A stretch of 64,000 nt of DNA from Pseudomonadota bacterium (GCA_039700805.1 JBCAZE010000003.1:1552-65551); one strand, 5' to 3'; counted from the stretch's first letter, positions 47,043 to 56,490 are shown. The notes: generated by a model from the sequence alone, not told the origin. Made by a program: numbers and translations.

Positions 47043-50000
47043 ATGACATCAATACGGTCATATCCTGCGCTCAACGAGGCTGTCCAAGCGGGCAGTGACG
47101 ATGATCGTATTGGTGTCATCGGTCATCTTCGAGATGCGAGCGAGCTGCCGACCGGTGTTCGCATCATCACCCAATTCGGAGACGTTGCAACGCTGCGCCT
47201 GCAGCGAAACCAACTCAATGCACTCTGCGAAAGTGATGCCTGCCACAACATCGAAGCATCACGGCGTATTCGAATCCCTTTCGACGAGTCGAGCATGGAA
47301 TCTGAGGAGACACGAATCGACGCGTCGACAAATCCAGTCGTCTCAGTACGACGACCGCCTGGTGTCGCAGAGACCGGGCATGGCGTTGTGATCGGCATTA
47401 TCGACTGGGGCCTTGATATCGCTCATCCCGCATTCCTCAAAGATGGTCGTACTCGCGTACGCGCGTTATGGGATCAACGGGGCACTCAGCGGGAGGAAAA
47501 TCGCTGGGGTTACGGGAGAATTTATGATCGAGCGGAGATCAATGCGGCGCTCGAAACCAGTAATCCCTACGACGCCCTCGATTATCAGCCGTGGCTGTCT
47601 GATCGAGACAACACAGGATCTCATGGTACACATGTCGCGAGTATTGCAGCTGGCGGGGTCTATCCTGGCGGCGAACCCGGCGTTGCGCCAGGAGCGGAGA
47701 TTGTTTTCGTGCACTTGGCACGAACACCGAATGTACTGGCAGCCGGAGACCTTGGCGACTCTGTCTCGGTGCTTGAGGCATTGGATTTTATTTACGAAGT
47801 CGCAGGCGACAAGCCCGTCGTCGTCAACTTGAGCGTAGGCGCCCATAGCGGCAACCATACTGGTCGCTCATTGGTGGAACGCGGCATCGATCAGTCGGTC
47901 TGGCTACAACCAGGACGCTCGGTCGTTAATAGTGCTGGCAACTACCGCCAAAAGGCCGCTCATGCATCGGGCCGTCTGAAAGCACCAGCGGTCGCGACAC
48001 TACCTTTCGTGATCCCATCAGACGATCTTAATAACAGCGAAATTGAAGTCTTCTACCGCGACACTGACCTTTTCGACGTTGTGGTCGTTGCGCCGGATGG
48101 GACAACTCACGGACCGGTATCGAAAGGTGATGATTTAGCAATCGAGATTGACGATCGCAAAGTCGGGCACCTCTACCATGAGCATGAGCCGCAGCATGGT
48201 GACCATCATATCGACTTGTTTTTGTACAGCGAAGCGGCGCCCGGTCAATGGGCGCTACAACTAAAAGCAAGCAAAGTCATCGATGGGCGTTATCACGCAT
48301 GGATCGAACGAGACTCCAGCAAGCAGCCGTTTTTTCGAGGCCCACTGGTCGATTCGCGAACAACGATCGGAACACTAGCCAATGGCGAGTTTAGTATTAC
48401 AGTCGGTGCCTATGACGCACACCTCGCACATCAACCGATAGGCGAGTTCTCTTCGAGTGGACCGACCCGAACCGGCGCCATCAAACCGGAGCTAGTCGCA
48501 CCCGGCGTCAAGGTCGCAGCAGCGCGATCTACAAACCCAGGCAGACAGGACACAGATCTCACCACAGTGAAATCCGGGACCAGCATGGCAGCACCGTATG
48601 TTGCTGGGAGCGTCGCGTTGATGTTCGAAGCCTGCAAGCGACCAATGGAAATCACAGAGACGCGTGCCCTGCTGCTGAGTGAACTTCGCGGCGCGGGACG
48701 TTGCCAACATGACGCTTGCCGTAAACATGACGTTCATACCGTCGGGTATGGCTATCTCGATCTTGATCGATTGATGCGTCTCGTAAAACACAGGGAAGAA
48801 CTTATGGATGACCACTATCACACCGAATCCACCGATTCGGTTGCCCCATTGGATCTGCCGGTACCGGTACTCGAGCTCTCGGAAGACGCACCAGAATGGG
48901 CGCCTGAGGATGAAGACAGAAAGGACGTTGACCTACCACTCGAGTCAGAACCGTTCTCAGACGGTGTAATCGACGCTGCGGAAAGTAGTGGGTCGATAAA
49001 CACGCGACTGGAGATGCCGAGATGCGAAACTGGCTGCCAACGAGCACCGGCATCAGGCGATGTCTTAGTCCGAAGGAATGTTGCGGAGGGTGTCGATTAT
49101 CGCGCCGTTATGATCACGGACCCGCAACCCAACATCAACGCGACAGCGATTGACGAAATCGTCGAGTCTCGAGGAAGCGGCTGGTACGCGCGAGTGATTG
49201 AGAAAAAACTGGGGTCGGATTTAGCACGCTACGCAATCCGTAAAGTCATGAACGCCGACGGCTCTCCTATTCGGGGACAAAAGATCTTACCGGTCACGAC
49301 TGATATTGACGAGCACATGCCATCCGATGATTGCGATTCGGCGTTCGTGGAAGCGCTACCCAATCTCAGCGCCTGGCAACACCTCATCAGTTTTAGACCG
49401 CCCGTCGGCGTACAACGGTCTCTAGTCCGTTCTTACGCGCCAGATTGGTCGGTTCATAAGATCGAAGATGCGCACGGTGACATCAACCTCGACTACTACC
49501 CGATTCGGGTGGTTCGGCTGCCACGCGTCGGCGGTCGCACAATCTCGGCCCAAGAGCTGCTGCGTATGCTGCGCCTTAACATCGATGGCTTTATCGACAC
49601 GCGTATCTCCAGCTTCCGGCCCTACAATCGCGCTTCCGCGAGACGTTGGCGATCATCAACTCCGGTTGGCAGTGTTCTGCACATCGATATGAAAACTGCG
49701 GGTGGCTATTTGAATCCCGATGATGGCTCTGTCGTTTGTGCTCGCGCCACGGCGAGTGATTGGATTTTCTCGACAATTTGGACGCCGGCGGATTTCGGCC
49801 ACCCAGTCAGTGGAAACCGGCAATTCGGTTTCACGCAGCAAAACGGAGAGTGGATTTTCTACACCCGAGGGGCTGATAGAACCACCGGTCGTGTTGACTC
49901 ATTAATGTCTGGCACCGTCTTCTCCAAAGCAGACGATCTCTGGCGAAGCCTTCAGCGCGGCCTCACCGATTTCATCAATACCAATGGTGGTGCAGCGGTC

Positions 50001-50081
50001 TACTTGAGCCGAACAAGCAGGCGTTACAACTGGCCAGCAGTAAAGAGCAGTTACTGGCGCCCCAGCACGCGATGGATTTGA
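47043..50081 (+). CDS. S8 (subtilisin-family) serine peptidase, no signal peptide, with ~450-aa C-terminal extension
   Basis: Catalytic Asp121 (VIGIIDWGLD), His194 (GSHGTHVASIAAGG), oxyanion Asn (VVNLSVGA) and Ser514 (SGTSMAAPYVAGS). Acidic linker at aa ~600-650. Unknown domains to aa 1012. Confidence 0.9.
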   Translation: MTSIRSYPALNEAVQAGSDDDRIGVIGHLRDASELPTGVRIITQFGDVATLRLQRNQLNALCESDACHNIEASRRIRIPFDESSMESEETRIDASTNPVVSVRRPPGVAETGHGVVIGIIDWGLDIAHPAFLKDGRTRVRALWDQRGTQREENRWGYGRIYDRAEINAALETSNPYDALDYQPWLSDRDNTGSHGTHVASIAAGGVYPGGEPGVAPGAEIVFVHLARTPNVLAAGDLGDSVSVLEALDFIYEVAGDKPVVVNLSVGAHSGNHTGRSLVERGIDQSVWLQPGRSVVNSAGNYRQKAAHASGRLKAPAVATLPFVIPSDDLNNSEIEVFYRDTDLFDVVVVAPDGTTHGPVSKGDDLAIEIDDRKVGHLYHEHEPQHGDHHIDLFLYSEAAPGQWALQLKASKVIDGRYHAWIERDSSKQPFFRGPLVDSRTTIGTLANGEFSITVGAYDAHLAHQPIGEFSSSGPTRTGAIKPELVAPGVKVAAARSTNPGRQDTDLTTVKSGTSMAAPYVAGSVALMFEACKRPMEITETRALLLSELRGAGRCQHDACRKHDVHTVGYGYLDLDRLMRLVKHREELMDDHYHTESTDSVAPLDLPVPVLELSEDAPEWAPEDEDRKDVDLPLESEPFSDGVIDAAESSGSINTRLEMPRCETGCQRAPASGDVLVRRNVAEGVDYRAVMITDPQPNINATAIDEIVESRGSGWYARVIEKKLGSDLARYAIRKVMNADGSPIRGQKILPVTTDIDEHMPSDDCDSAFVEALPNLSAWQHLISFRPPVGVQRSLVRSYAPDWSVHKIEDAHGDINLDYYPIRVVRLPRVGGRTISAQELLRMLRLNIDGFIDTRISSFRPYNRASARRWRSSTPVGSVLHIDMKTAGGYLNPDDGSVVCARATASDWIFSTIWTPADFGHPVSGNRQFGFTQQNGEWIFYTRGADRTTGRVDSLMSGTVFSKADDLWRSLQRGLTDFINTNGGAAVYLSRTSRRYNWPAVKSSYWRPSTRWI

Positions 50082-50094
50082 AGGAGTACACACC

Positions 50095-51342
50095 ATGACA
50101 ACACCGATCATCATCGTGCCGGGCATTATGGGCACGCGACTCGTTGACTCACGCGGTCGGCGACTCTGGGACCCCAATGCAGATATGTCCCGACAGAACA
50201 TCATCAGATTGTTGGCCAATCCGGCTGCTGCCGGTGTCGAAGTAGGATTTCGGACGCGATTCTTGCGTCTCGGAACCACTGCCATCCCGAGCACAAGAGC
50301 ACGCGCCAGCTTAACTCAGCTTTTTCGGCAGCGTGGCATCGTCAACGGCGGTAATCTTGTTTGGGAGGGCGGCTACGACAAACTTGTGAAGGGGCTGTCG
50401 GATCCTGCGTTCAATACCAGTTGTGGTGGCGGCACTAAACTCTACGCCGCGGGGTACGACTGGCGACAGAGCAATAGCACTTCGGCAAATCGCCTGAAGT
50501 CTGTTGTCGAACGCGCGATGCGTGAGACCGGCTCGAGCGATGTCATCCTAGTGGCGCACAGTATGGGTGGACATGTCGCGCGTTGGTTCTGCAAGCACGC
50601 AACAATCAACGGAACCCGCGGCCACCGTTTTGTCAGACATCTTTTCCTTCTTGGCAGCCCGATACATGGTGCGAGTAAGGCGTATCGCGCACTCCGACAA
50701 TCCTTCGTGACAGCGGATACGATCGCGGACATTGCCTTGCCGCAACACGTCGATACTTATGACGATTCTGTCGTCGACTTAGCCGGCCGCGCTGTATCCT
50801 CACTCGTGAAGGTGATCCCCTCTGTGTATGAGCTGTTGCCAACACGAGCGTTTTGCAACGCCAATCCAAATTGGCTTCGATTTAACACAAGCCTTGCAGG
50901 TATTGCGGATGCTTCCAATCCAAGTCGGTTGTATAGCAATCGACACACTGGCCTGACAACAAACGGCGTTACCAATACGCTTGTCACCGCTTTTCTGGCA
51001 GGCCGCGATGTCTTTGATCGTTATCTTGGTACTTACCTGCCGGCGCAAACCACAGTCGTCTATAGCGATAGTGAACCCACAGAGACGGTTATGCGAATCG
51101 AATCGAACGGGAGCCTTGCGAGAGCCGGCGGTCGACGACTAAACCTAGGTGACGGCACCGTCCCTACTTACTCGGCCAGCGCACAAGGAAATGGCAACCA
51201 GAACATCCCAAGACTTGCGATTCGTGGCGTCGACCATGTCGGTGTCGCCAATCATCCGTTCGCAGTCAGACGAATCCAACAGCTCGTTGCCGCACAATGC
51301 GTGCGCCGACAAACCGCCGACGGCTGGAGGGCCGCGTTATGA
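50095..51342 (+). CDS. LCAT/PGAP1-like alpha/beta-hydrolase (putative phospholipase/acyltransferase), no signal peptide
   Basis: IIIVPGIMGTRL, YDWRQS, nucleophile elbow AHS156MGG, GDGTVP and VDHVG motifs. AAGGAG SD sequence upstream. Confidence 0.8.
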   Translation: MTTPIIIVPGIMGTRLVDSRGRRLWDPNADMSRQNIIRLLANPAAAGVEVGFRTRFLRLGTTAIPSTRARASLTQLFRQRGIVNGGNLVWEGGYDKLVKGLSDPAFNTSCGGGTKLYAAGYDWRQSNSTSANRLKSVVERAMRETGSSDVILVAHSMGGHVARWFCKHATINGTRGHRFVRHLFLLGSPIHGASKAYRALRQSFVTADTIADIALPQHVDTYDDSVVDLAGRAVSSLVKVIPSVYELLPTRAFCNANPNWLRFNTSLAGIADASNPSRLYSNRHTGLTTNGVTNTLVTAFLAGRDVFDRYLGTYLPAQTTVVYSDSEPTETVMRIESNGSLARAGGRRLNLGDGTVPTYSASAQGNGNQNIPRLAIRGVDHVGVANHPFAVRRIQQLVAAQCVRRQTADGWRAAL

Positions 51343-52139
51343 ACACGGTAATAGAGGCACCTAGACTTGCCGATGCGCCGCTGGACGAGCGAGCGACTTG
51401 TCGCTTCAACCTATTAGATCCATATGCAGACGGTGTTGGTGAGTACCACATCAACACGCATGTTGTTTACTTTCGACCGCCGGGGAACACCTCTCCACAG
51501 GCGATGACACGCGCGTTGTTCAACATGTTCCCGACGGTCTTCAATCCAAATAACGTCGCTGTCGTACAGCAAAGCACTTGTCGCTTTCAAAACAAAGGGA
51601 CGCTCAAGTTCACCGGCAAGGTTCCCGCTCTACCAGATCTCCACGATGACTGGGTGGCGACGGAATGGCGCGGCAGTAACTTCCGAGCACAGACCTTGGA
51701 GCGACGATGGCTCGAACGTTGGGAAGTGGCGGCGCTGGCTGCCAGAGTGCCTTTACCCGGGTTTCCAGGCCTTCCTGTTGGACTCGCGCTGCCGATCAAT
51801 AGACGCCATTTCCTTGCCGGCGTGAGATCCTGGCATGTTGGGCAAATGCCGAGTCGCGGTCTGTACTTTCTAGAAACTGCAGCGTTCGAGCGCTACTCAC
51901 ACCGCGCCTTCATCGCGGCGGCACCCATGATCAACATTCGCGCACAGATCCTAGAAACATGGACCAAACTGCTGGAGAACTTCTTGTTAAGCATCAACGC
52001 CACAGCAGTCAATTTCACGCCACCAGGCTATCAAATCAATCGCGCGATTCGCTATCAACGTGCCAGCGCACAAAACCCATCTCAGTTACGAGCGACACCA
52101 TGGTTCGCGGGGCTGCTTTCGCGGCACAGCGGCCTGTAG
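51339..52139 (+). CDS. Hypothetical 266-aa protein, apparently paralogous to the C-terminal domain of the S8 peptidase
   Basis: ATGA overlap with the lipase stop, with GGAGG upstream. Similarity by eye to S8 aa ~810-990 (see findings). Confidence 0.7.
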   Translation: MNTVIEAPRLADAPLDERATCRFNLLDPYADGVGEYHINTHVVYFRPPGNTSPQAMTRALFNMFPTVFNPNNVAVVQQSTCRFQNKGTLKFTGKVPALPDLHDDWVATEWRGSNFRAQTLERRWLERWEVAALAARVPLPGFPGLPVGLALPINRRHFLAGVRSWHVGQMPSRGLYFLETAAFERYSHRAFIAAAPMINIRAQILETWTKLLENFLLSINATAVNFTPPGYQINRAIRYQRASAQNPSQLRATPWFAGLLSRHSGL

Positions 52140-52167
52140 TGGCGAGTCCGCAATCAACAACGGTAGG

Positions 52168-53586
52168 TCAACGTGGGCGTAGCGGATCCTTATCGATGTC
52201 CATCATTTGCTGCTGGAACTGAACGCTCAATACTTGGACGACATCGCGATGAGCATCGCTCACGTCCAAGAGTTCCAAGGGGTCATCGTCGAGATTGTAC
52301 AAAGCAACCGGCTGCTGATCGTCATCGAGCAGCAATTTCCAACTGCCTTTTCGTATTGCATAGTCGGGGCCATCCGCATCTTCAAGTGCCCACATCAGAC
52401 TACGCGGAGGTAGCGAATCGCCAGCCAACGCATCACTAATATCAATGCCATCGATGGCGCGATCCGTTGGAATATCTGCATCAACCAAGGTCGCCAACGT
52501 CGTGAATAAATCCGTACCGATGATCACTTCGTCCGATTCGCTGCCCGCCTGGGTGATACCGGGTACACGTAGAATCGCTGGCACACGAATCCCGCCCTCA
52601 TACACGCGATGCTTCCGACCACGCAAACCGCCGGTGCTGCCATGGGCATTCACTTCCCACCAAGTGCGCCAGTTCTCAGTGACCGGACCATTGTCGCTTG
52701 CGAAGACGATCACCGTATCGTCATAGAGTCCGAGTTCACGCATCGCCGACAGCAGTCTGCCGATTTGGTGATCCATGTAAGTGACATTCGCGTAATACTC
52801 GCCCGGACCTCTAGGAATCAACAGCTCGATAGGCGGCTTGGCACCACCGGAAGGAATCGGAACGACCTCGCCGTTGATGAACTCACGATATTTCTCGTTG
52901 AACTCAGGCGGATTCTCGAATGTGGTGTGGGGTTCGGCCATATTGAACATCAACAAGAACGGCTGATCGTCATCGTGTGCCGTCAACCAACGCACAGCTT
53001 CATCCACATAGATCTCGGCAATGTAACCTTCCTGTTCACCGACTGGCTCATGTCCGCGATGGATGTTGATGGGGTTGCGGCTGGTTGGAATCTGGAACGC
53101 ATTGTGGCCGAAAAAATAGTCGAAGCCTTGCTCGGTCGGTTGAGGCTCGGCGCGACTCGCCAAACTCGAGTTGAGGTGCCATTTTCCGACGAGTGCCGTC
53201 GCGTACCCTTCATCTTTCAAGAGTTCCGGCAACGTGATTTCATGATCACGCAGATACACACCACTGCCATGCGGTATCCAACTCCGGATACCGGTTCGAT
53301 ACGGGTGGCGCCCGGTCAATAACGCAGCACGTGATGGTGAGCACAGCGGCGAAGGGGCGTAGTAACTGGTCAACGTCATACCATCCGCCGCCAACGCATC
53401 CAGGTGGGGTGTCTCGATCACGGGATGACCAAAACTACCGAGATCGCCATAGCCAAGATCATCAACGTAAATGATAAGAATATTGGGTGGTGACTCATCG
53501 CCATCGGCATCCGCTTCGGTGAAACCAAAACAAAAGAAGAGGCCAAGTAGTGCAATGCGATGAACGAGTGGTCGATTAAATGACAT
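52168..53586 (-). CDS. Arylsulfatase (formylglycine-dependent sulfatase family)
   Basis: Signal peptide MSFNRPLVHRIALLGLFFCF. IYVDDLGYGDLGSFG. Sulfatase signature CSPSRAALLTGR. ATG 53586 chosen. Confidence 0.9.
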   Translation of the reverse strand: MSFNRPLVHRIALLGLFFCFGFTEADADGDESPPNILIIYVDDLGYGDLGSFGHPVIETPHLDALAADGMTLTSYYAPSPLCSPSRAALLTGRHPYRTGIRSWIPHGSGVYLRDHEITLPELLKDEGYATALVGKWHLNSSLASRAEPQPTEQGFDYFFGHNAFQIPTSRNPINIHRGHEPVGEQEGYIAEIYVDEAVRWLTAHDDDQPFLLMFNMAEPHTTFENPPEFNEKYREFINGEVVPIPSGGAKPPIELLIPRGPGEYYANVTYMDHQIGRLLSAMRELGLYDDTVIVFASDNGPVTENWRTWWEVNAHGSTGGLRGRKHRVYEGGIRVPAILRVPGITQAGSESDEVIIGTDLFTTLATLVDADIPTDRAIDGIDISDALAGDSLPPRSLMWALEDADGPDYAIRKGSWKLLLDDDQQPVALYNLDDDPLELLDVSDAHRDVVQVLSVQFQQQMMDIDKDPLRPR

Positions 53587-53632
53587 CAAAAATACCAATA
53601 CGATAAACAGGCGGTAGCATTCAACACGCTGC

Positions 53633-54310
53633 TCATCGACGTCGTGACGAACGGAGACGGTTGTTTTCACGCGCCTCGTCGCGCATACGTTTCTTGGTCG
53701 CTGTGAACGAACAAATCGGACAGGTTTCGAGATCATGGAAACGTGCGGGGCAGTATTCGCGCCCGAAGAAGATGATCTGCAAATGCAGCTTGTTCCAAAG
53801 CTCACGAGGAAAGATCTTCTTGAGATCTCTCTCTGTCTTCTCGACAGACTTGCCGTCTGACAATCCCCAGCGAGCGGCCAACCGATGAATGTGTGTGTCT
53901 ACGGGAAACGCGGGGACACCGAACGCCTGCGACATCACCACCGATGCGGTCTTGTGACCGACTCCAGGCAGCGCCTCGAGCCCTTCGAAGGTCTCTGGTA
54001 CATCGCCACCATCGGCAACCAACATCTCAGAGAGCTTCTTAATGTTCTTGGCTTTCTGCGGCGCCAAACCTAGCTGACGGATCAACGTGAGAATGTCCTC
54101 AGTGGGTAACGCGGCCATCGCGAACGGATCAGGACCACGAGCGAACAGCGCCGGTGTGACTTCATTAACCTTTTTGTCTGTCGTTTGTGCCGACAGCAAG
54201 ACAGCGATCAACAACTCAAAGTCATTCCGGTGGTCTAACGGCACCGGTGTTTCCGGATACAAGTCCTCTAGAATTTCAACGATCCGTTCGGCTTTTTCTT
54301 GGCGTCTCAT
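53633..54310 (-). CDS. nth: Endonuclease III family DNA glycosylase
   Basis: HhH-GPD: LPGVGHKTASVVM (Lys) and VDTHIHRL (Asp). The C-terminus has only three Cys (CPARFHDLETCPIC) and a basic tail. Confidence 0.85.
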   Translation of the reverse strand: MRRQEKAERIVEILEDLYPETPVPLDHRNDFELLIAVLLSAQTTDKKVNEVTPALFARGPDPFAMAALPTEDILTLIRQLGLAPQKAKNIKKLSEMLVADGGDVPETFEGLEALPGVGHKTASVVMSQAFGVPAFPVDTHIHRLAARWGLSDGKSVEKTERDLKKIFPRELWNKLHLQIIFFGREYCPARFHDLETCPICSFTATKKRMRDEARENNRLRSSRRR

Positions 54311-54473
54311 ACGGCAAGTGTATTCGGAAACAGCAACCGGCAATAGGTTTGGCGACACCGCCGATCGCTTGCATGCATTCAGTACGCGGCCGCCATACAT
54401 TTAGTTTACGAATTTCGTGAAGAGACTGGCGCGAGTTATGCTCGGAACACTCATAAAAAAAGGGATACACGGC

Positions 54474-54899
54474 ATGTTGGCCGAACACACACTTCCGAGG
54501 CATCCGATACTGACTGTATTGGCGCGATTTCTTCTTGTGTCGCTGTTTTTGTTATCAGGCGTCACGCACTTCACCAATGTGCCGTACTACGTTTCCTTGA
54601 TGCCACCCGAAACGCCGTACCCGCTGTTGTGGATTTATCTGTCTGGCGTGGTAGAGCTCGCAGGGGCGCTGATGATCTTGTTCAACTGGCGGCCTAGACT
54701 CGGCGCCTGGCTGCTTGTCATATTTTTGATACCGGTGACGATCGTCGTCCACGGTTATGAGATGACACACGCGACGGATCCTGTCATCCGCGCGCTACAG
54801 CAGGCGCACTTTCTCAAAGGTTGGGCTTTGGTGGGCGCGGCTCTACTCGTCTCGCAGATTGGTTGCTCACACCCTGCAGCGACAGCGAAAGAAGAATAG
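54474..54899 (+). CDS. DoxX-family membrane protein
   Basis: Four TM segments with a DoxX-like layout (LARFLLVSLFLLSGVTHF, GVVELAGALMILF). Confidence 0.6.
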   Translation: MLAEHTLPRHPILTVLARFLLVSLFLLSGVTHFTNVPYYVSLMPPETPYPLLWIYLSGVVELAGALMILFNWRPRLGAWLLVIFLIPVTIVVHGYEMTHATDPVIRALQQAHFLKGWALVGAALLVSQIGCSHPAATAKEE

Positions 54900-54985
54900 G
54901 GGCACTTGCGCTTGGCGTAACAACCAGCGCTCTCCACTGACCCATGTGGCGACCGACGGCAGTGTCGGTGCTGGGCGCGACTCAT

Positions 54986-55612
54986 CTAGTCGTTGGCGTT
55001 GGACCTTAAGCCGAGCAATACTGCGGCACCGATGAGGCTGACCCCTGCGGCTCGCTCAACCCATGCCTTGTAGCGACTCTTGAGACGCTGCGACAACCAG
55101 CTGGCGCCTTTGCCGTAGGCTGAAAGAAAGCAGCCATCGATCAGAAGATAGGTGCCGCTCAGAATCAGCATTTGCGAAAGCAACGGTTGGTCGGGGTTCA
55201 GGAACTGGGGAAACAGCGCTGCGAAGAACACCACCGCTTTCGGGTTGGCTGCTGACGTCACAAAACCTCGAAACCAGAGTTTTGATATCGATGCTTGTGA
55301 CGTCTGACTGTCCTCTTCCGCTGTCGCAAATGATGCCATGATCTGCCGGACGCCAACCCATACCAGATACGCCACACCGGACCATTTGATGATCGCAAAA
55401 CCGTAGCGTGACGCGGTAATCACCGCCGCAAGACCGAAACCGGCCAACAACATCTGGATAAGATTCGCCGAAAGATCGCCCGCAGCTGTCGCCAACGAGC
55501 GTCCGAAGCCGTTCGACATACTCACCGACAGCATCAATAAATGGCTCGGACCAGGGGTGCTCATAAACAACAGCACCGTGCCGACGTAAAGCAACCAAAC
55601 ATCGAGCGTCAT
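54986..55612 (-). CDS. LysE/RhtB-family amino-acid exporter
   Basis: MTLDVWLLYVGTVLLFMSTPGPSHLLMLS N-terminal LysE motif. Six TM segments. Confidence 0.85.
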   Translation of the reverse strand: MTLDVWLLYVGTVLLFMSTPGPSHLLMLSVSMSNGFGRSLATAAGDLSANLIQMLLAGFGLAAVITASRYGFAIIKWSGVAYLVWVGVRQIMASFATAEEDSQTSQASISKLWFRGFVTSAANPKAVVFFAALFPQFLNPDQPLLSQMLILSGTYLLIDGCFLSAYGKGASWLSQRLKSRYKAWVERAAGVSLIGAAVLLGLRSNAND

Positions 55613-55629
55613 CGCAGCGACCTTAACCG

Positions 55630-56019
55630 TTAGCTCGCGACGTGCTGATAGATCTGTATGAGATTGCCGCAGGTGTCGGCAAACACAGCCATCTTCACAG
55701 GACCGGCGTCGGTGGGCTCGGTCGTGAAAGCAACGCCCGCATCGGACAGGCGCTTAAACTCCGCATCCATGTCGTCCACTTCGAACGCGGTCATCGGAAT
55801 GCCTTGCTCGAATAGCGCCTCTTGAAATGTTTTTCCAGCCGGATTGGCGTTGGGTTCGAGCGACAGTTCAACATCACCACCTTCGGGTGATTTCACGCTA
55901 ATCCAACGGTATTCACCCATCGGAATATCCTGACATTTCACAAACCCAAGAACGTCCGTGTAGAAATCCAAGGCCTTTTGTTGGTCGTCCACCATGATGG
56001 CGGTCAGGCTGATTTTCAT
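55630..56019 (-). CDS. VOC/glyoxalase-family protein
   Basis: 129 aa. MVDDQQKALDFYTDVLGF... and a paired beta-alpha-beta-beta-beta pattern. Confidence 0.8.
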   Translation of the reverse strand: MKISLTAIMVDDQQKALDFYTDVLGFVKCQDIPMGEYRWISVKSPEGGDVELSLEPNANPAGKTFQEALFEQGIPMTAFEVDDMDAEFKRLSDAGVAFTTEPTDAGPVKMAVFADTCGNLIQIYQHVAS

Positions 56020-56055
56020 TGTTATGCTCCTGCGAATAGGGAATCAACGTGAAGT

Positions 56056-56490
56056 TTACGGCGGGGGTATTTCTCCGCTTCTCGAAATTTGCGATTTATG
56101 GGACCACGCCGCCTGCATCAGTTCCATACAGGCCGGCGCCACCGGGTTTTCCGAAAGACGTGTCGTCGTACGATAAGTGGATGGAGACTGACCTTCGCGG
56201 GCAGCGAACAAGGCACTGAAGCTACCGAGACTTGAAAAACCAACCGACATACAGATGTCAGTCACCGACTGATCACTATCGGACAGTAACTGTTTCGCGC
56301 GATCCAAGCGAGCGCGTGTGCGGTATTGCACGGGTGTCACGCCAAATACGGCTTTGAATTGGCGGACGAAATAGAACCGCGATAAAGCTGCCGCTCGAGC
56401 GACATCGTCGATTGAAGGCTCTTGCTCTCCAATCTCTCGCAATGCAGCGCGCGCAGCGCACAGGCGAACGAGCTGTTCCTGTCTTAACAT
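56056..56490 (-). CDS. Short AraC-family transcriptional regulator (HTH domain only)
   Basis: SIDDVARAAALSRFYFVRQFKAVFGVTPVQYR..RLDRAKQLL......VTDICMSVGFSSLGSFS. Confidence 0.8.
   Translation of the reverse strand: MLRQEQLVRLCAARAALREIGEQEPSIDDVARAAALSRFYFVRQFKAVFGVTPVQYRTRARLDRAKQLLSDSDQSVTDICMSVGFSSLGSFSALFAAREGQSPSTYRTTTRLSENPVAPACMELMQAAWSHKSQISRSGEIPPP

Noticed and set aside
46453-47061. 202-aa minus-strand ORF covering the 212-aa operon gene
   Set aside because: It is a Ser/Arg/Ala-rich antisense shadow and has no SD sequence. The plus-strand ORF has AAGGAG and fits the operon spacing.
52609-53322. 237-aa plus-strand ORF inside the sulfatase gene, and similar shadow ORFs at 58944-59591, 55056-55598, 18145-18819 and 37657-38199
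   Set aside because: All overlap genes with strong family signatures, either on the opposite strand or in another frame. None has its own motif.
53587-53805. Extended N-terminus of the sulfatase ORF (track start 53805)
   Set aside because: The extension would overlap the nth gene end and precede the obvious signal peptide MSFNRPLV..., so ATG 53586 is preferred.
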